A stretch of DNA of 64,000 nucleotides from Antedon mediterranea. Taxonomy: Eukaryota; Animalia; Echinodermata. The stretch spans positions 16,535,881-16,599,880 of the forward strand of contig NC_092678.1 in assembly GCF_964355755.1 (NCBI RefSeq). Reading direction: 5' to 3'. Shown piece after piece: positions 37,244 to 49,880 of this stretch (position 1 is its first letter; the number at the start of each line of letters is the position of its first letter). Made by a program: the position numbers and the translations under genes. The notes under the pieces were generated by a model. It was not told the DNA's origin and ran no database searches. It saw only the letters and a program-made list of their open reading frames with translations.

Positions 37244-39186
37244 CTAGATGGTACGCTCGCTTTGCTCGCGTACCATCTAGGTCGTGCCCACAGAAGGTTC
37301 TCGAATACACAGTAATTTCAGCGTAACAAAACTGGCGATTTCAAATGTACGTACCGCAGGACTATAATACATTGTTGTTTACAGAAACGAATAAATAGAC
37401 ACGATGATTTCTGTATTCAACTAAAATTAGCACCCTGGGAATTACTTCCGAAGAAGAAACTTACCACAAAATGAGTCCAAATTTTTGAATTTGTGTTTTG
37501 TATGTAACATTAGGGTTGAGGGATGGGAAAGCGGATAGGTACAAAGAGAAACAATTTTTAAATATATTCTTTATCCACTCAGTAACGAAATATTTTGTTC
37601 ATGTTTTATAGGCCTATAAATAATATACCTCTAAATACAGTAAAACATTTGTCATTATAAAGTTTATTTGTATATCTAACAGTAAAGCCTACAAATTACC
37701 TAAAGTTGAATGATGGAAAGACAGAGTTTATTATCGTCGGGTCTAAATGTAACATCTCCAAAATCAACATCACACATATCAGAATCGGAAACTCTAACAT
37801 CGCTCCCTCATCGGTGGTCCGGAATCTGGGAATCATGCTGGATAGTAATCTCACTATGGAAGCACAAATAACAACTGTATCCAAAGCAGCATGCATATCG
37901 ATTAGGAACCTTGGTCGTATTCGCGGTAATCTTAACAAGAAAACAGCTGAATTGATTGTACACTCATTTGTCACTTCTAAAATTGACATTGGTAATGCCT
38001 TGTTGTTTGGCATACCAAAATCTCAAATACAACGTTTGCAGCGCTTGCAAAATATGGCAGCTAGAATTGTAACTTATACAAAATCAAACGCTCACATAAC
38101 TCCTGTCCTGATGGATTTGCATTGGTTGCCTGTTCAACAACGTATTAAGTACAAACTTGCGTTGTTTGTATTCAAGATCCTAAATGACAGTGCTCCTGCT
38201 TATTTATCTGACCTTGTGGATCGTTACGAATCATCCCGCAGAGGCCTACGATCATTGTCACAAAACCTTCTTCAAGAGCGTAGAGCGAAAAATCAGTGGG
38301 GTCAGAGATCTTTTTACGTTGCGGCCGCAAGTGTATGGAACAGCTTACCAGCAACAGTTAAATGCTCAACTAGTCTAAACAGTTTCAAGACCAACCTAAA
38401 GACGTCGCTATTCGCTGATGTTCTCGCACGTTGTTAATGCACAAAGCGCCATGAGCGCCACATGGGTGGAGGATACCGGCGCTATATAAGTTTTCATTTA
38501 TTATTATTATTATTATCCACAATCTCAGTAATAAAGTTTACTTGTATATTTTTATATTACATCTAACAGTACAAACATTCACAATAAGAAATGCTAGATT
38601 CAAATGAGGACAAAAAATAGTTAATAGGTATTTACAGTATTTTCAAAGTATTGCAAGTTTATTCTCAAAGGGCTAATAAATTTACCTACTTGTGTTAAAC
38701 CAAACTCTGGCAGACTGAGAGATTGGGATGTTCCATTCATCGCAAATCAATACATTTGTATAATCATATATTAAATCTATCAAAATAGTATTTTTTAAAG
38801 AAAATCGGCCTGTCCTCAACATTATAATGCTGTACTCTAGCTGTTCAACCGGTTTTCAGCTATTAAAAACAATTATCGTAGGAGGAGATAGGAAAATGCG
38901 AAGCCTCTTCGCATTTTTGTGGCGGGTATTTTCCAAGATGGACATCCATTAGACAGTGTATACCACGATCGGAAAACACCCCTATTTGGGGCAAATCGTT
39001 GAACCTAAATTCGTTTTAATCGTCAATAACTAATTATCTAACTTAATTTAATTAGTAAACAGGGTTACATCAGGTGGTTAAAATCAGTACCGAAAGTACG
39101 AACCAACTTTATATACCATCGAGTAAATATTCTAGAAGTAAGGCGCGATTTACCAAATTTTGCCCTTACGTAAATTTATATATAGA
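37244..39186 (-). mobile_element. Non-autonomous Helitron-like element
   Basis: Minus strand starts TCtatatataaa (39186) and ends CTAG|T (37244) with a strong terminal hairpin ctagatggtacgc-N11-gcgtaccatctag; base 5' of TC is T rather than the canonical A. Confidence 0.55.
37698..38515 (+). mobile_element. 5'-truncated L2-clade LINE (ORF 37706-38437)
   Basis: LNDGKTEFI..VRNLGIMLDSNLTM..HITPVLMDLHWLPVQQRIKYK..; 3' end aagcgcc...ggcgctatataag plus (tta)n tail. Confidence 0.92.
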
Positions 39187-39519
39187 AACGGTATATTTAT
39201 AATAATAATAATAATGATAATAATGCCAGTTACAAACGTTTGAACCTTTGATTTCGACAAACGAAAAGGCAAATCTACTGAACTGTCAACTAATATTTTT
39301 ATTTATGATAATATAAAACAAACGACGATTAAGTGAGGAAACACATGTTATGATTCAATATTTCGTCTTCAGGAATGCATGACATGAAAAAGAAAAAACA
39401 ACTGTTATTTCTCACAAAAATAAAAAAAACACTTTTTACTCTATAACATTTGACAGAAAGAAAGAAAAATTAGCACATTTCGAATTTGTCTTCGAAGAAA
39501 ATAACTGAGTATCTATAAT

Positions 39520-40306
39520 ATGTCAAGACGTGGTAAAGGAAGAAAAGGACGTGGGAAAAAGAGGCGCTAAGCGTCATCGTAAGGTGTTGCGTTATAACAT
39601 CCAAGGTATCACAAAACCGGCTATTCGTCGTCTTGCTCCTCCGTGGTGGTGTCAAGATTTGATTTGATTTGATTTATTTCGGCATCAGTACATAAAATAT
39701 CACAGACATACAATTAAAATTGGCAAATATAAAAATACCAAAATAAAACAAGGATGCCAAGGATAACTCATAAAAGTCCTCTACGGACTTGTTTCCAATG
39801 AGTTCCTTTGAAAGAACAGCAAAAAAGACAAACAATGCAACATATAAAAATTACAAAAAACAGCAAAAAAGGACAATCGAAAAAAGAAGAAGCGCTTATT
39901 AAATAGTTTCTAGAGCTAGTGAACGTTCCTGTAGATACTTTTTAACTTTACTTTTAAAACAACAAACAGTTTGTGATTCCTTAATGTTAATTGGTAAATT
40001 ATTCCATTCTGTGCCATTGGCTTGATAGTTGGGATTCTAAAATTAAAATTGCATCCCCTAGTATTGTAATTATGACTGTCTGAAATTCTAATAAAACGAT
40101 TGCATAAATAAGGTGGACAACAATGAACAAGAGAATCTCTGGTCATCTACGAAGAAACTCGTGTTGTACTCGAGGTATTCCTTGAGAATGTCATTCGTGA
40201 TGCTGTAACTTACACTGAGCATGCCAAGAGAAATACCGTCACCACCATGGATGTCGTCTACGCCTTGAAGAGACAAGGCCGCACCCTGTACGATTTCGGT
40301 GGATAA
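39520..40306 (+). pseudogene. H4: Histone H4 pseudogene split by a LINE insertion
   Basis: ATGTCAAGACGTGGTAAAGGA...[22 protein letters not shown] (39520-39657) and [39 protein letters not shown] (40128-40306); several frameshifts and substitutions. Confidence 0.95.
39658..40127 (-). mobile_element. CR1-group LINE 3' fragment inserted in H4
   Basis: PPYLCNRFIRISDSHNYNTRG motif, (caaat)n tail next to the 5' H4 half, caaga duplicated at 39653-39657 and 40128-40132. Confidence 0.85.
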
Positions 40307-40556
40307 GCAGTTATACAGTGTAATCAATTTAAAACCAAACGGTACAAAAGAGATTTGTTTGCCAAATGTCTACTTGTGTATAATATGAATAATCCAAATC
40401 AACATTGATTCACAACGTGAATCTACATCATGTTCACATTAAAATTGTTACTGTAAAACGAAACAAATGTCATAGATTAAAGGAGTATGTCGAAAGCGAA
40501 GACCATACGAAATCCACTATAACATAACAATCGCACGAGGAATAACTGGGTTAGGG

Positions 40557-40622
40557 CTTTTTCTCATTCTCACAGATTTCCTCAACTTTATCGTCAGATT
40601 AATTAATTGTCAGTATATCACC
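40557..40622 (+). repeat. Fragment of the tRNA-carrying TIR element family
   Basis: ctttttctcattctcacagatttcctca...aattaatt..cagtatatcacc matches 16495-16566. Confidence 0.8.
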
Positions 40623-41441
40623 GAGCGGACCGCAAACTATATCAACATTTGATTTCACCAATTAATTTATTTGGAATTACACCTTCGGTTGCACACTTTC
40701 ACATCCTTCACTATAACAATTAATTACATATAGAAACGTATAAAGGCAAACACAACTATCAACCCCTATCCTACCCCTCTTCCCCCACCAATCCCCCAAT
40801 TTAAATCGATACATACAGTAGATCATTACTTTACACAAATGAATACAAAACTAAATATACTGTAGTAAAAGTGTATTAAATAAAATCCACTGATAAACAC
40901 AGCTTATTAGGAAAACCCACCAACCCCCACCCTTTTAAATTTACTTAACATAGTAATTTATTGAGTCACGGAATTCAGTGAATCATTTTGAAATTTCCAT
41001 GCTCTTTTTAGGTATATTTAACAAAAACTATCCAAAATATTTTCACACTCTTCATCAATTAAATTATCTGAGTATCCCAAAGTGTATTTAACAATATAAT
41101 TACATCATGACGCTCATGTTCACATTGGCCTATATAATATTGTTATTGTATAACAAATATAATTTGGACTCTTTACAATGTTATTTTAACATAAGACATT
41201 TTTTAAGAACCTATGCTATTGCATGGACGTGTTTGTCAAATGTTCATAAAAGAAGACATCGTGCTTGTACTATTGTTTCAGTGGGGGATAATTCATATTT
41301 ATTACCAGGTTAATCATAATTGTTTTATAAATGTAAATTTCAGTTGAAAAATGTTTCCTTTTTCCTGCTGCTAAATTTTATGAATGTATTTTTTATGTAT
41401 ACAATTGAATAAAATATACCAGTGATATATACCCGTTGTGA

Positions 41442-41825
<384 letters not shown>

Positions 41826-41855
41826 ACATCATTTTGCTGTAATATCAAACCAAAC

Positions 41856-41891
41856 GGCTCTTTTCAGAGCCACCACTTGTCCCAAAAGAGA
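41856..41891 (+). promoter_or_regulatory. Histone 3' stem-loop and downstream element
   Basis: GGCTCT-TTTC-AGAGCC followed by ACCA and purine-rich caaaagaga. Confidence 0.92.
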
Positions 41892-42177
41892 TTTTTTTAG
41901 CTTGTGATTCATTTATTTGTGGTTTAGTTAGCTGCAATAACATAATTAACTTAAATTAGCAAAAGACAAAGTCGAAAGAAACTGGCCGGTGATACACTGA
42001 AAACCCCTTTTTAAATTTTTTTTCCTATTATTAATAAACTATAGAAGGCATGAATATTCATGAGACATGCACGTGGTCATGACATCATACTTGATACATA
42101 CAAGACACGTTTCGCTTGATAATACCAGAGGGACAAGAAGGTCTTGTATGACCCACTAACGTAATAATCAACCACTA

Positions 42178-44764
42178 AGGCTGGTTTCCTGTCGACGTAA
42201 GAGTCAGTTTTTCTAACGTCAGTTACGATTGTTACGTCGATTTTACGTAAGAAACCAACATTTGACAGGAAACCGCTTACGACAATATTTTGGTGAAATC
42301 GACGTAAACGCAAGAAAAATAGACGATCGACAGGAAACCGGGGTATCGAATCTCCGTCTGATACGTCGATTTATCGCGAATTTACAGGAAACCGGGATTT
42401 TATTGCTTGCGATCACTTGCGTTGCGTTATTAACGATTCTTACGTAAAGTTGACTTGGAGTCAACTTTACGTAAGCGTAAGAGTCGTAAGCGCAAGATAT
42501 ACAATGGAAAAGGATAGGCCTATTTTTAATAGATACGAAAATACGAATTTCATTAATAAAAGCAGCTTTTTTACAACACCTCTTTACCAAAAAAGGATAA
42601 AAATTAGCCCTATATTAAAAACGTACAATTATATTCAAGTTCTTTCTATTCACACTTTTCTTTACTTTATTGACATATTCTCCTTCCGGTAATTAAGTTC
42701 ATTAACTATTCTTTTATTAGGAGAAATGATTCGATGTTTTTAAACAATTTAAACCGGCACTATTTGCTCCATCTGAGTTTTTCTAATCAATGTTTTTGTT
42801 GTTTGTGTTGTTATAAGAAGCATGCTATTATATTCTGATGCAGTAGATGTAATATTAAATACAGAAGGTAAGATATTTAATAACAATTAATAATAATGAT
42901 AATAATAGTAATAACAATAAAGTTATTAAATAATATTGCCATTCAATATCCCTCCACAATTAATAATAAGAAGCATACAGTAAATACTTGTTAAATAAAT
43001 TTATTTACAAATACATTCTGCACAAATACTATTTTATGGATTAGGCCATTTATATAAATTCTCAAAAATAATAAATGCATACACCATGGCATACAGAATA
43101 TATAATACCGACAATCAAACCTTTAACTAAATACTATAATTACTTACTTATTAACTAAATACATTTTTAAAAAGCAAACACAAACACTTTTACTGATTAC
43201 CGTAAGTGATATACAGTAACTTTCTTTGCACTTACTGTGTCACACAATATATATGATACAGGAAATTAAACCTTTAAATAAATCTAAAAAGTTGAGTACT
43301 AAAACTATAAACATATTTTTAACTCTGAAACTGTGGTACACTGTACTGTAATTTCTCTCTTTCAGATGGGGCTGAATTAAGACACAAGTTGATTCAATCT
43401 TTCTGGTGTCATTCTTGTATATCTATTTAACAAAGCAAAACAATTTGTAAATTCAACACATACACTTTCAATGTTGATACATTATCAATGTTAATATCAA
43501 TGTTTTGTTTAATTTTCAGTGGTACTAGAAGCAGACTTTCTGTTCACATGTAAAAATGTTAATAATAAATAAGTGTGATCTTTCCTATGTACTGGGCAGT
43601 ATTTACTTTGGAATCATTATAGGCCTCATTTTGTGTTTAAAATTTGCTCTGTAAAAATATTTAACATTTTAAGACTAGTGTGTTGAAGCTTTTCAATAAT
43701 TATTTTAAATCAAAGAAAAATAATTAAACATATTTAAAGTGTTTTTCACTTGTTTTTCTTAAGTTAATGACTACAAATTTTAATTTTATAGCATTTTCCT
43801 GTTAAGCAGCTGAACTCTGTTATTAGTTATAATTATGTGTACAGTATGATAACATTTTTAGTTACAAACATTTAGTTTTTAAACACATTCCTACCAAAGG
43901 GCATGTAAAAGAAGAGTTTCACTGTAGATCATTTTTGTTGCAGTTTAGAAGTTGGAATTATTGTGTAGAGTGTGTAGATCCAATACATTAAAATGTTAAA
44001 ATGTTTTTTTTTTAATTTGGCCTATCATATAAAATAAAGTAACACTAAAAAAAAGAGAGATTTAGGCCTAATTCCAAAGCTAGCCTAGGCCTACAGATGG
44101 GGTGACCACAGATGGTGGTCCACTTAATTGGGATAGGCCTAGTACTTGTTTGTAGGGCCTAGCCCAGTAGGCTAGTATAGGAGGCCTACTACTACTAAGT
44201 ACTAGGGGCCTAGGCTATATAGTAGGTAGGCCTAAAAAAGGCTTTTTGTAGTAGGCTAGCCTAGGCCTAGTATTACTAAGTAGGCCTAGGCCAGGCCTAC
44301 AAGAAGGCTACGGTCTAGGCCTAGGACATTTTTAGTACAGGCCTCTTGCCTATATTACAGTAAAATAGTAGTGGTTATGATGTAGGACTGGGCCTGGGCC
44401 TAGGCATGTTCCGTTTTATGTAGCTAGGCCTATGTACAGTATATGCCACACAGCATGTATGCCTTTCTAAGCCTAGGCTGCCTACCTGAAAAACAATTGC
44501 CTGACATGGGCAACCATCGATCGAGCAAACACAAAAGCGTAAGAAAAAATTTCAACTTTACGTAACGATCATAAGACGACCGTAAGCGCTTGAAGTTAAA
44601 AAAGTCAACTTTACGTAAGGGTCGTTATCGGCTCGTGAGCCTGCGGTTCAAAACGATCAAAACGACGTTCACTTTTGTTCAACTTAACGGAAGAGACGTA
44701 ACAAACGCAACAATCGTAACAAACGTTAGCATTTCCAAATCTTACGTCGACAGGAAACCAGGCT
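42178..44764. mobile_element. Non-autonomous PIF/Harbinger element (2.6 kb)
   Basis: TIR ggctggtttcctgtcgacgtaaga / tcttacgtcgacaggaaaccaggct, TAA on both flanks, repeated subterminal caggaaacc motifs; interrupts an accactaacgtaac array. Confidence 0.85.
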
Positions 44765-45999
44765 TAATGTAACATTAACCACTAACGTAACAAAAATCAA
44801 CCACCAACGTAACAAAATTTAACCACTAACTTAACAAAAGTAGAAAATGTTAAGGATGTTTGTCTCTTTGACTAATTAAAAAAAAAATCGGAAAAGTCAT
44901 TTTGAAGTATCATAATAGTTACTAACTTTCACCAAAAAATTTGACGAAAAAAAAATCTGTTAACTGTTCAAAAAATAACTTTGATTTCCAGTCAAAGTTT
45001 TCGATAACAACATATCTCATAATGCAACGCGCTTGTTTGGCTAATATAATCTGTATGCATCATAAAACTCCCTCGCGATCTGTGTGAAAACCCCTAATTA
45101 TCATCATGCATAATGCATATTCGTGGTTTGAAATCTTTGTTTACTTTCGTAGTAACCATATATTAACCAAAATAATGGTACATCTTCCAAAAAATTGCAA
45201 AGAAGTTGATTTCAACGGATTTATGTAGGTACTGTGGGTATACAGATATACAAAAAAAAAAGTAAGGAAGGATAGTGGGTGGGAAAAATATTTGGGGGGG
45301 GGGGGTGTTAAAGGTCATTGACCTCTAAAATGCTAAAAATGGTATCTTCGCAACAAAATATGGTATATGGTTGAGCTTGGTGTCGAAATGCACACAATTA
45401 TGCCAGGAATTAAATAAAAATTAATTTGAACCCTTGACCTTCAAAAATCAGGTCAAAGGTCAATATACCCATTTTTTGGTTTAATACATACTTATAATGT
45501 AATATCAAGTCAATATTACATTATTTACATTTACATGTAAACTGATTTGTGTAGGTATGGGTATACAGATATACTAAAAAAAGTAAGGAAGAATAGGAGG
45601 TGGGGAAATTCTTTTTTTTTTCGTGTTAAAGGTCATTGAACTTCGCAACGAAGTATGACATAAGGTTGATCTTGATGTCAAAATGTACAGAACTATACTA
45701 GAAATGAACCACATATAAATATACACTATGACTATATGTTCATCGTTAAAAATTTAGGTCAAAGGTTAATATACCCATTTTTGTGTTTTACACATACATT
45801 AGGACAGTCCATCCTGTCCAGTATTGCATTATATTATAATTAAAAAAACACTAACTAAATTATTTATGACTTTAGGTCTAAGAGAAAACAAGTTGGAACA
45901 TGGTTTTGTTTTTGGATTAAGGGTCATTTAACAGATTGTGTTAAATGATTGATAACTGTATATAATACATACAATTTGCGTAAATAATACATAAACTTA

Positions 46000-48030
46000 T
46001 TGGTAATCGGTTTCCTCTTCATCACTAGGTTCGCTTGAACCATTCAAGCAGTGCCCACAGCACACCCCATATGCTGAAACACATGACAATCCTGCCTCAA
46101 TGCAGCTGCATTTCAGTCATTGACACTGCATATCGCCTTCTTTGCAGCAAATTCTTGTTAGAGGAGCATCTGGTGTGATACTACATGTAATCATTTCCGG
46201 CCTTAGATTTCCTTTACTATCAAGATCCCATCCTCTTCCAACAGGCTCAAGAATGGATGTGTTCAGATGTTTCAAGACCACAACTTGTAGATGAACCCGA
46301 AAAGAGTTCTGTGTAGCTTCATTCTCTGTTGGTGGTAGATCCTTTGCTGCTTGTTTTTGAAACTTTTCATAATGAGCCTTTTCAAGAAGTGTATTTGCAC
46401 TTCTATCTTTTCATTCAATCTTTTATTTCGGAAACTCTGGTGCATAGAAAGTAAATTACATATAAATGAAATAAATAAAATAAACAAAATTACTACTACT
46501 CATCTCAGGATGGCATTCCATCTGGAGAGCATCTTCGACTTAACTAAGACGTTGCTTATAATCGTTGAGATTAAAATATTTGTGCTTGCATTAAGTCTAC
46601 ACATCAGGCCATATATTGATATTCTTAACAATTCATAAATGAAGAGGGAATTCTACATTCAGTAAACATGAGGCTGGCACTGCAATGTCGAGGCCTTTGC
46701 AACAACATTCTTAAACCATTATTGTAGCATACCTGGAGAGATCGCAAGGTACCTTGATTATAGTTGTACCATAATGTAGCACAATACATATTTACACAAT
46801 ATGTTCTAAATAAAACACATTTCACATTGATAGAACACATACTAAATTGTCTGACCAAGGAGTTGGCTCTGATACACAAAGATCTGTATTGCCGCTTTAT
46901 ATCAAACTCATCACATAATCCAAGGATATAACTAATAAATGTGGTTGAGTCAACATATTCTAAGCTTTTGCCATTAATGGTAATAATAGGTTTCAATTGA
47001 ATCCTCCGTGACTTAGGACAGATTATCATACAAGATGATTTCTTAGAATTGTAAACAATATCATTTTTGGCCGCAAAGCATTCAGAAATTTTAATTAGAT
47101 GTTGCAACCCTGATGCAGAAGGTGATATAAGCACCATGTCATCTGCATACGATAGGTTGTTAAATTTAATATTATTTAACTCACACCCTTCTTTGCTGTT
47201 GCTAAGCTTAATGATAAGATCATTTATATACATATTATATACTTATTATAACACAATTTGATACATGAAAGGGCTCCGAAAAGGATTTGCCCCATTTCAC
47301 AATAAAGCACTGAATATTATACCAAGCTTTTAGTACTCTAACAATTGGACATGGAGTATCATTAATAATTAATTTCTTAAAAAGTGTTCAATGATTCACC
47401 CTATCAAAGGCTTTAGAAGCATCGAGGTATATATGTAACCTATATGTCCCTGCATTGCTATTAACCCTGCTGTTTGGATGGCGTTATCAGTCGACCGTAT
47501 ATTCGTAAATGTAAGTGTAGACAGTATTGGGAAACTTGCATTTATATATTGTACATTTGATGTGGCCAAAAATGCAAGAAACTGTGTCGTTTCCTGACCA
47601 ACCATACTTAAACAGAAACTCTTCCCTCACCGATATCTTTTTTAGATATATCAAGAGGTCATCAGCATCTAATTGTAGAAATAGATTAAAGCAGTTGCCA
47701 GGCCGATGATAACATAGTAACACTTGTACAGTTATCGGTGTATTGTGCTACTACGACAACTGGGGTGTAAAAATGTCACAGTAGTATTATATGGCTATGG
47801 GAATAAACCTTCAACAAAAGACCACGAACATAAATGTCGGATGACAGGGAAAAAGGTTTCGCAGACACTACGAATAAAACCAGAATTGATCATTTCTTGC
47901 CGCGACAGGGAGGTCTTTCTAGCAAATGAAAAGAACAAATCTTCACTAATCAAGATGATAACTACTAAGCTTATGCATCATAATATCTGTGTGAATCAAG
48001 CAGAAGATGACGGAGATGCTGTTGACATCT
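46000..48030. mobile_element. Academ (AcademX)-like transposase remnants: XPG-like nuclease region and C-terminal Cys cluster
   Basis: + strand 47724-48030 VVLYGY..PSTKDHEH..FLANEKNK..QAEDDGD; - strand 47440-47710 DADDLLI..GWSGNDTVSCIFGH; - strand 46000-46400 LPPTENEATQNSFRVHLQV..GW..CCK..CSCIEAGLSC..CCGHC. Superfamily recalled from the XPG + Cys8 architecture. Confidence 0.7.
46410..47432 (-). mobile_element. Truncated non-LTR retrotransposon RT fragment inserted in the Academ-like ORF
   Basis: LDASKAFDRVNH*TLFKKL...YINDL...LSYADDMVLISPSASGLQ (ORF 46625-47233). Confidence 0.9.
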
Positions 48031-48399
48031 ATGTAATATCTAAAATAGGTGACAATGAAGAGTTTCTGTTTTTACATTACATGGAGGAAATATATATATT
48101 TCCTCCATGATTAAACGATCATCACTTCTTATTATGGATCGATAATGGACCATTCCTTATTAGTGACCTCTCCTGAGGATCAGCTTCTCTTAACGACCAC
48201 CACCTTTCGTAAGTGACTACCTCTCATAAACGACCACCATCTCTCATAAGGGACCGCTTCTCGACATAATCAACCACGTCTTCTAAAGGGACCATAGTGG
48301 TCACTTAAGAGAGATGGCCATATACCACACAGCAAAATTTGAAATTCTAAGCAAGAAAAAAAAATCTTGTTTTAAGAAAAAATTCTTAAAATAAGTATT

Positions 48400-49880
48400 T
48401 TTTTTCTTGTCAAGATTTAAAATTACTTAAAACAAGAAATAATTTTCTAGAAAAGACACATTTTCTTAAATTAAGTTTTGCAATATTCTTGAAAATGCTT
48501 ATTACAAGAAATATTTTACTTAAAATAAGAAGTCAATATCATTCTCTTCTTATTAAGAATAGTTTTACTTAAAACAAGATTTGAAAATACTTAATTTGAA
48601 AAGTATTTTACTTAAAATAAGAAATCTATATTTTATTTATCCTTATCAAGAATAATTTTTCTTAAATCAAGATTGATGAATTATAAAAATTACTTAAAAC
48701 AATCAATATTTTTCTAGGTAAGACAAAGTTTCTTAAATTAGGTTTCGCAATAGTCTTGAAAATACTTGTTTTGAGAAATATTTTACTTAAAATAAGAAGT
48801 CAATTTCACACTACCCTTATCAAGATTATTTTTACTTGAATCAAGATTCGCAATATTCTTGAAAATGCTTATTACAAGAAATATTTTACTTAAAATAAGA
48901 AGTCAATATCATTCTCTTCTTATTAAGAATAGTTTTGCTTAAAACAAGATTTGAAAATACTTAATTTGAAAAGTATTTTACTTAAAATAAGAAATCAATA
49001 TTATATTTATCCCTATCAAGAATAATTTTTCTTAAATCAAGATTGATGAATTCTAAAAATTACTTAAAACAATAAATATTTTTCTAGGTAAGACAAAGTT
49101 TCTTAAATTAGGTTTCGCAATATTCGTAAAAATACTTATTTTGAGAAATGTTTTACTTAAAATAAGAAGTCAATATCATACTATCTTATCAAGACTATTT
49201 TTGCTTAAATTGAGATTCGCAATATTTTTAAAAATACTTATTTTGAGAAATGTTTTACTTAAAATAAGAAGTCAATATCATACTATCTTATCAAGACTAT
49301 TTTTACTTGAATCAAGATTCGCAATATTCTTAAAAATACTTATTTCGAGAAATGTTTTACTTAAAATAAGAAGTCAATATCATACTATCTTATCAAGACT
49401 ATTTTTGCTTAAATTGAGATTCGCAATATTTTAAAAAATACTTATTTTGAAAAATGTTTTACTTAAAATAAGAAGTCAATATCATACTATCCTATCAAGA
49501 CTATTTTTGCTTGAATTCCGATTCGCAATATTCTGATTTTGAGAAATGTTTTACTTAAAATAAGAAGTCAATATCATACTATCTTATCAAGACTATTTTT
49601 ACTTGAATCAAGATTCGCAATATTCTTTAAAATACTTATTTTGAGAAATGTTTTACTTAAAATAAGAAGTCAATATCATACTATCTTATCAAGACTATTT
49701 TTGCTTAAATTGAGATTCGCAATATTTTTAAAAATACTTATTTTGAGAAATGGTTTACTTAAGATAAGAAGTCAATATCATACTATATCCTATCAAGACT
49801 ATTTTTGCTTGAATTGAATTCAATTCTATTTTAATATTCTTAAAAATACTTATTTTGAGAAATGTTTTACTTAAAATAGA
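48400..49880. repeat. 102-bp tandem array with a ~370-bp higher-order duplication
   Basis: ttgagaaatgttttacttaaaataagaag at 49141, 49243 and onward; caatattcttgaaaatgcttattacaag at 48481 and 48851. Confidence 0.95.
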
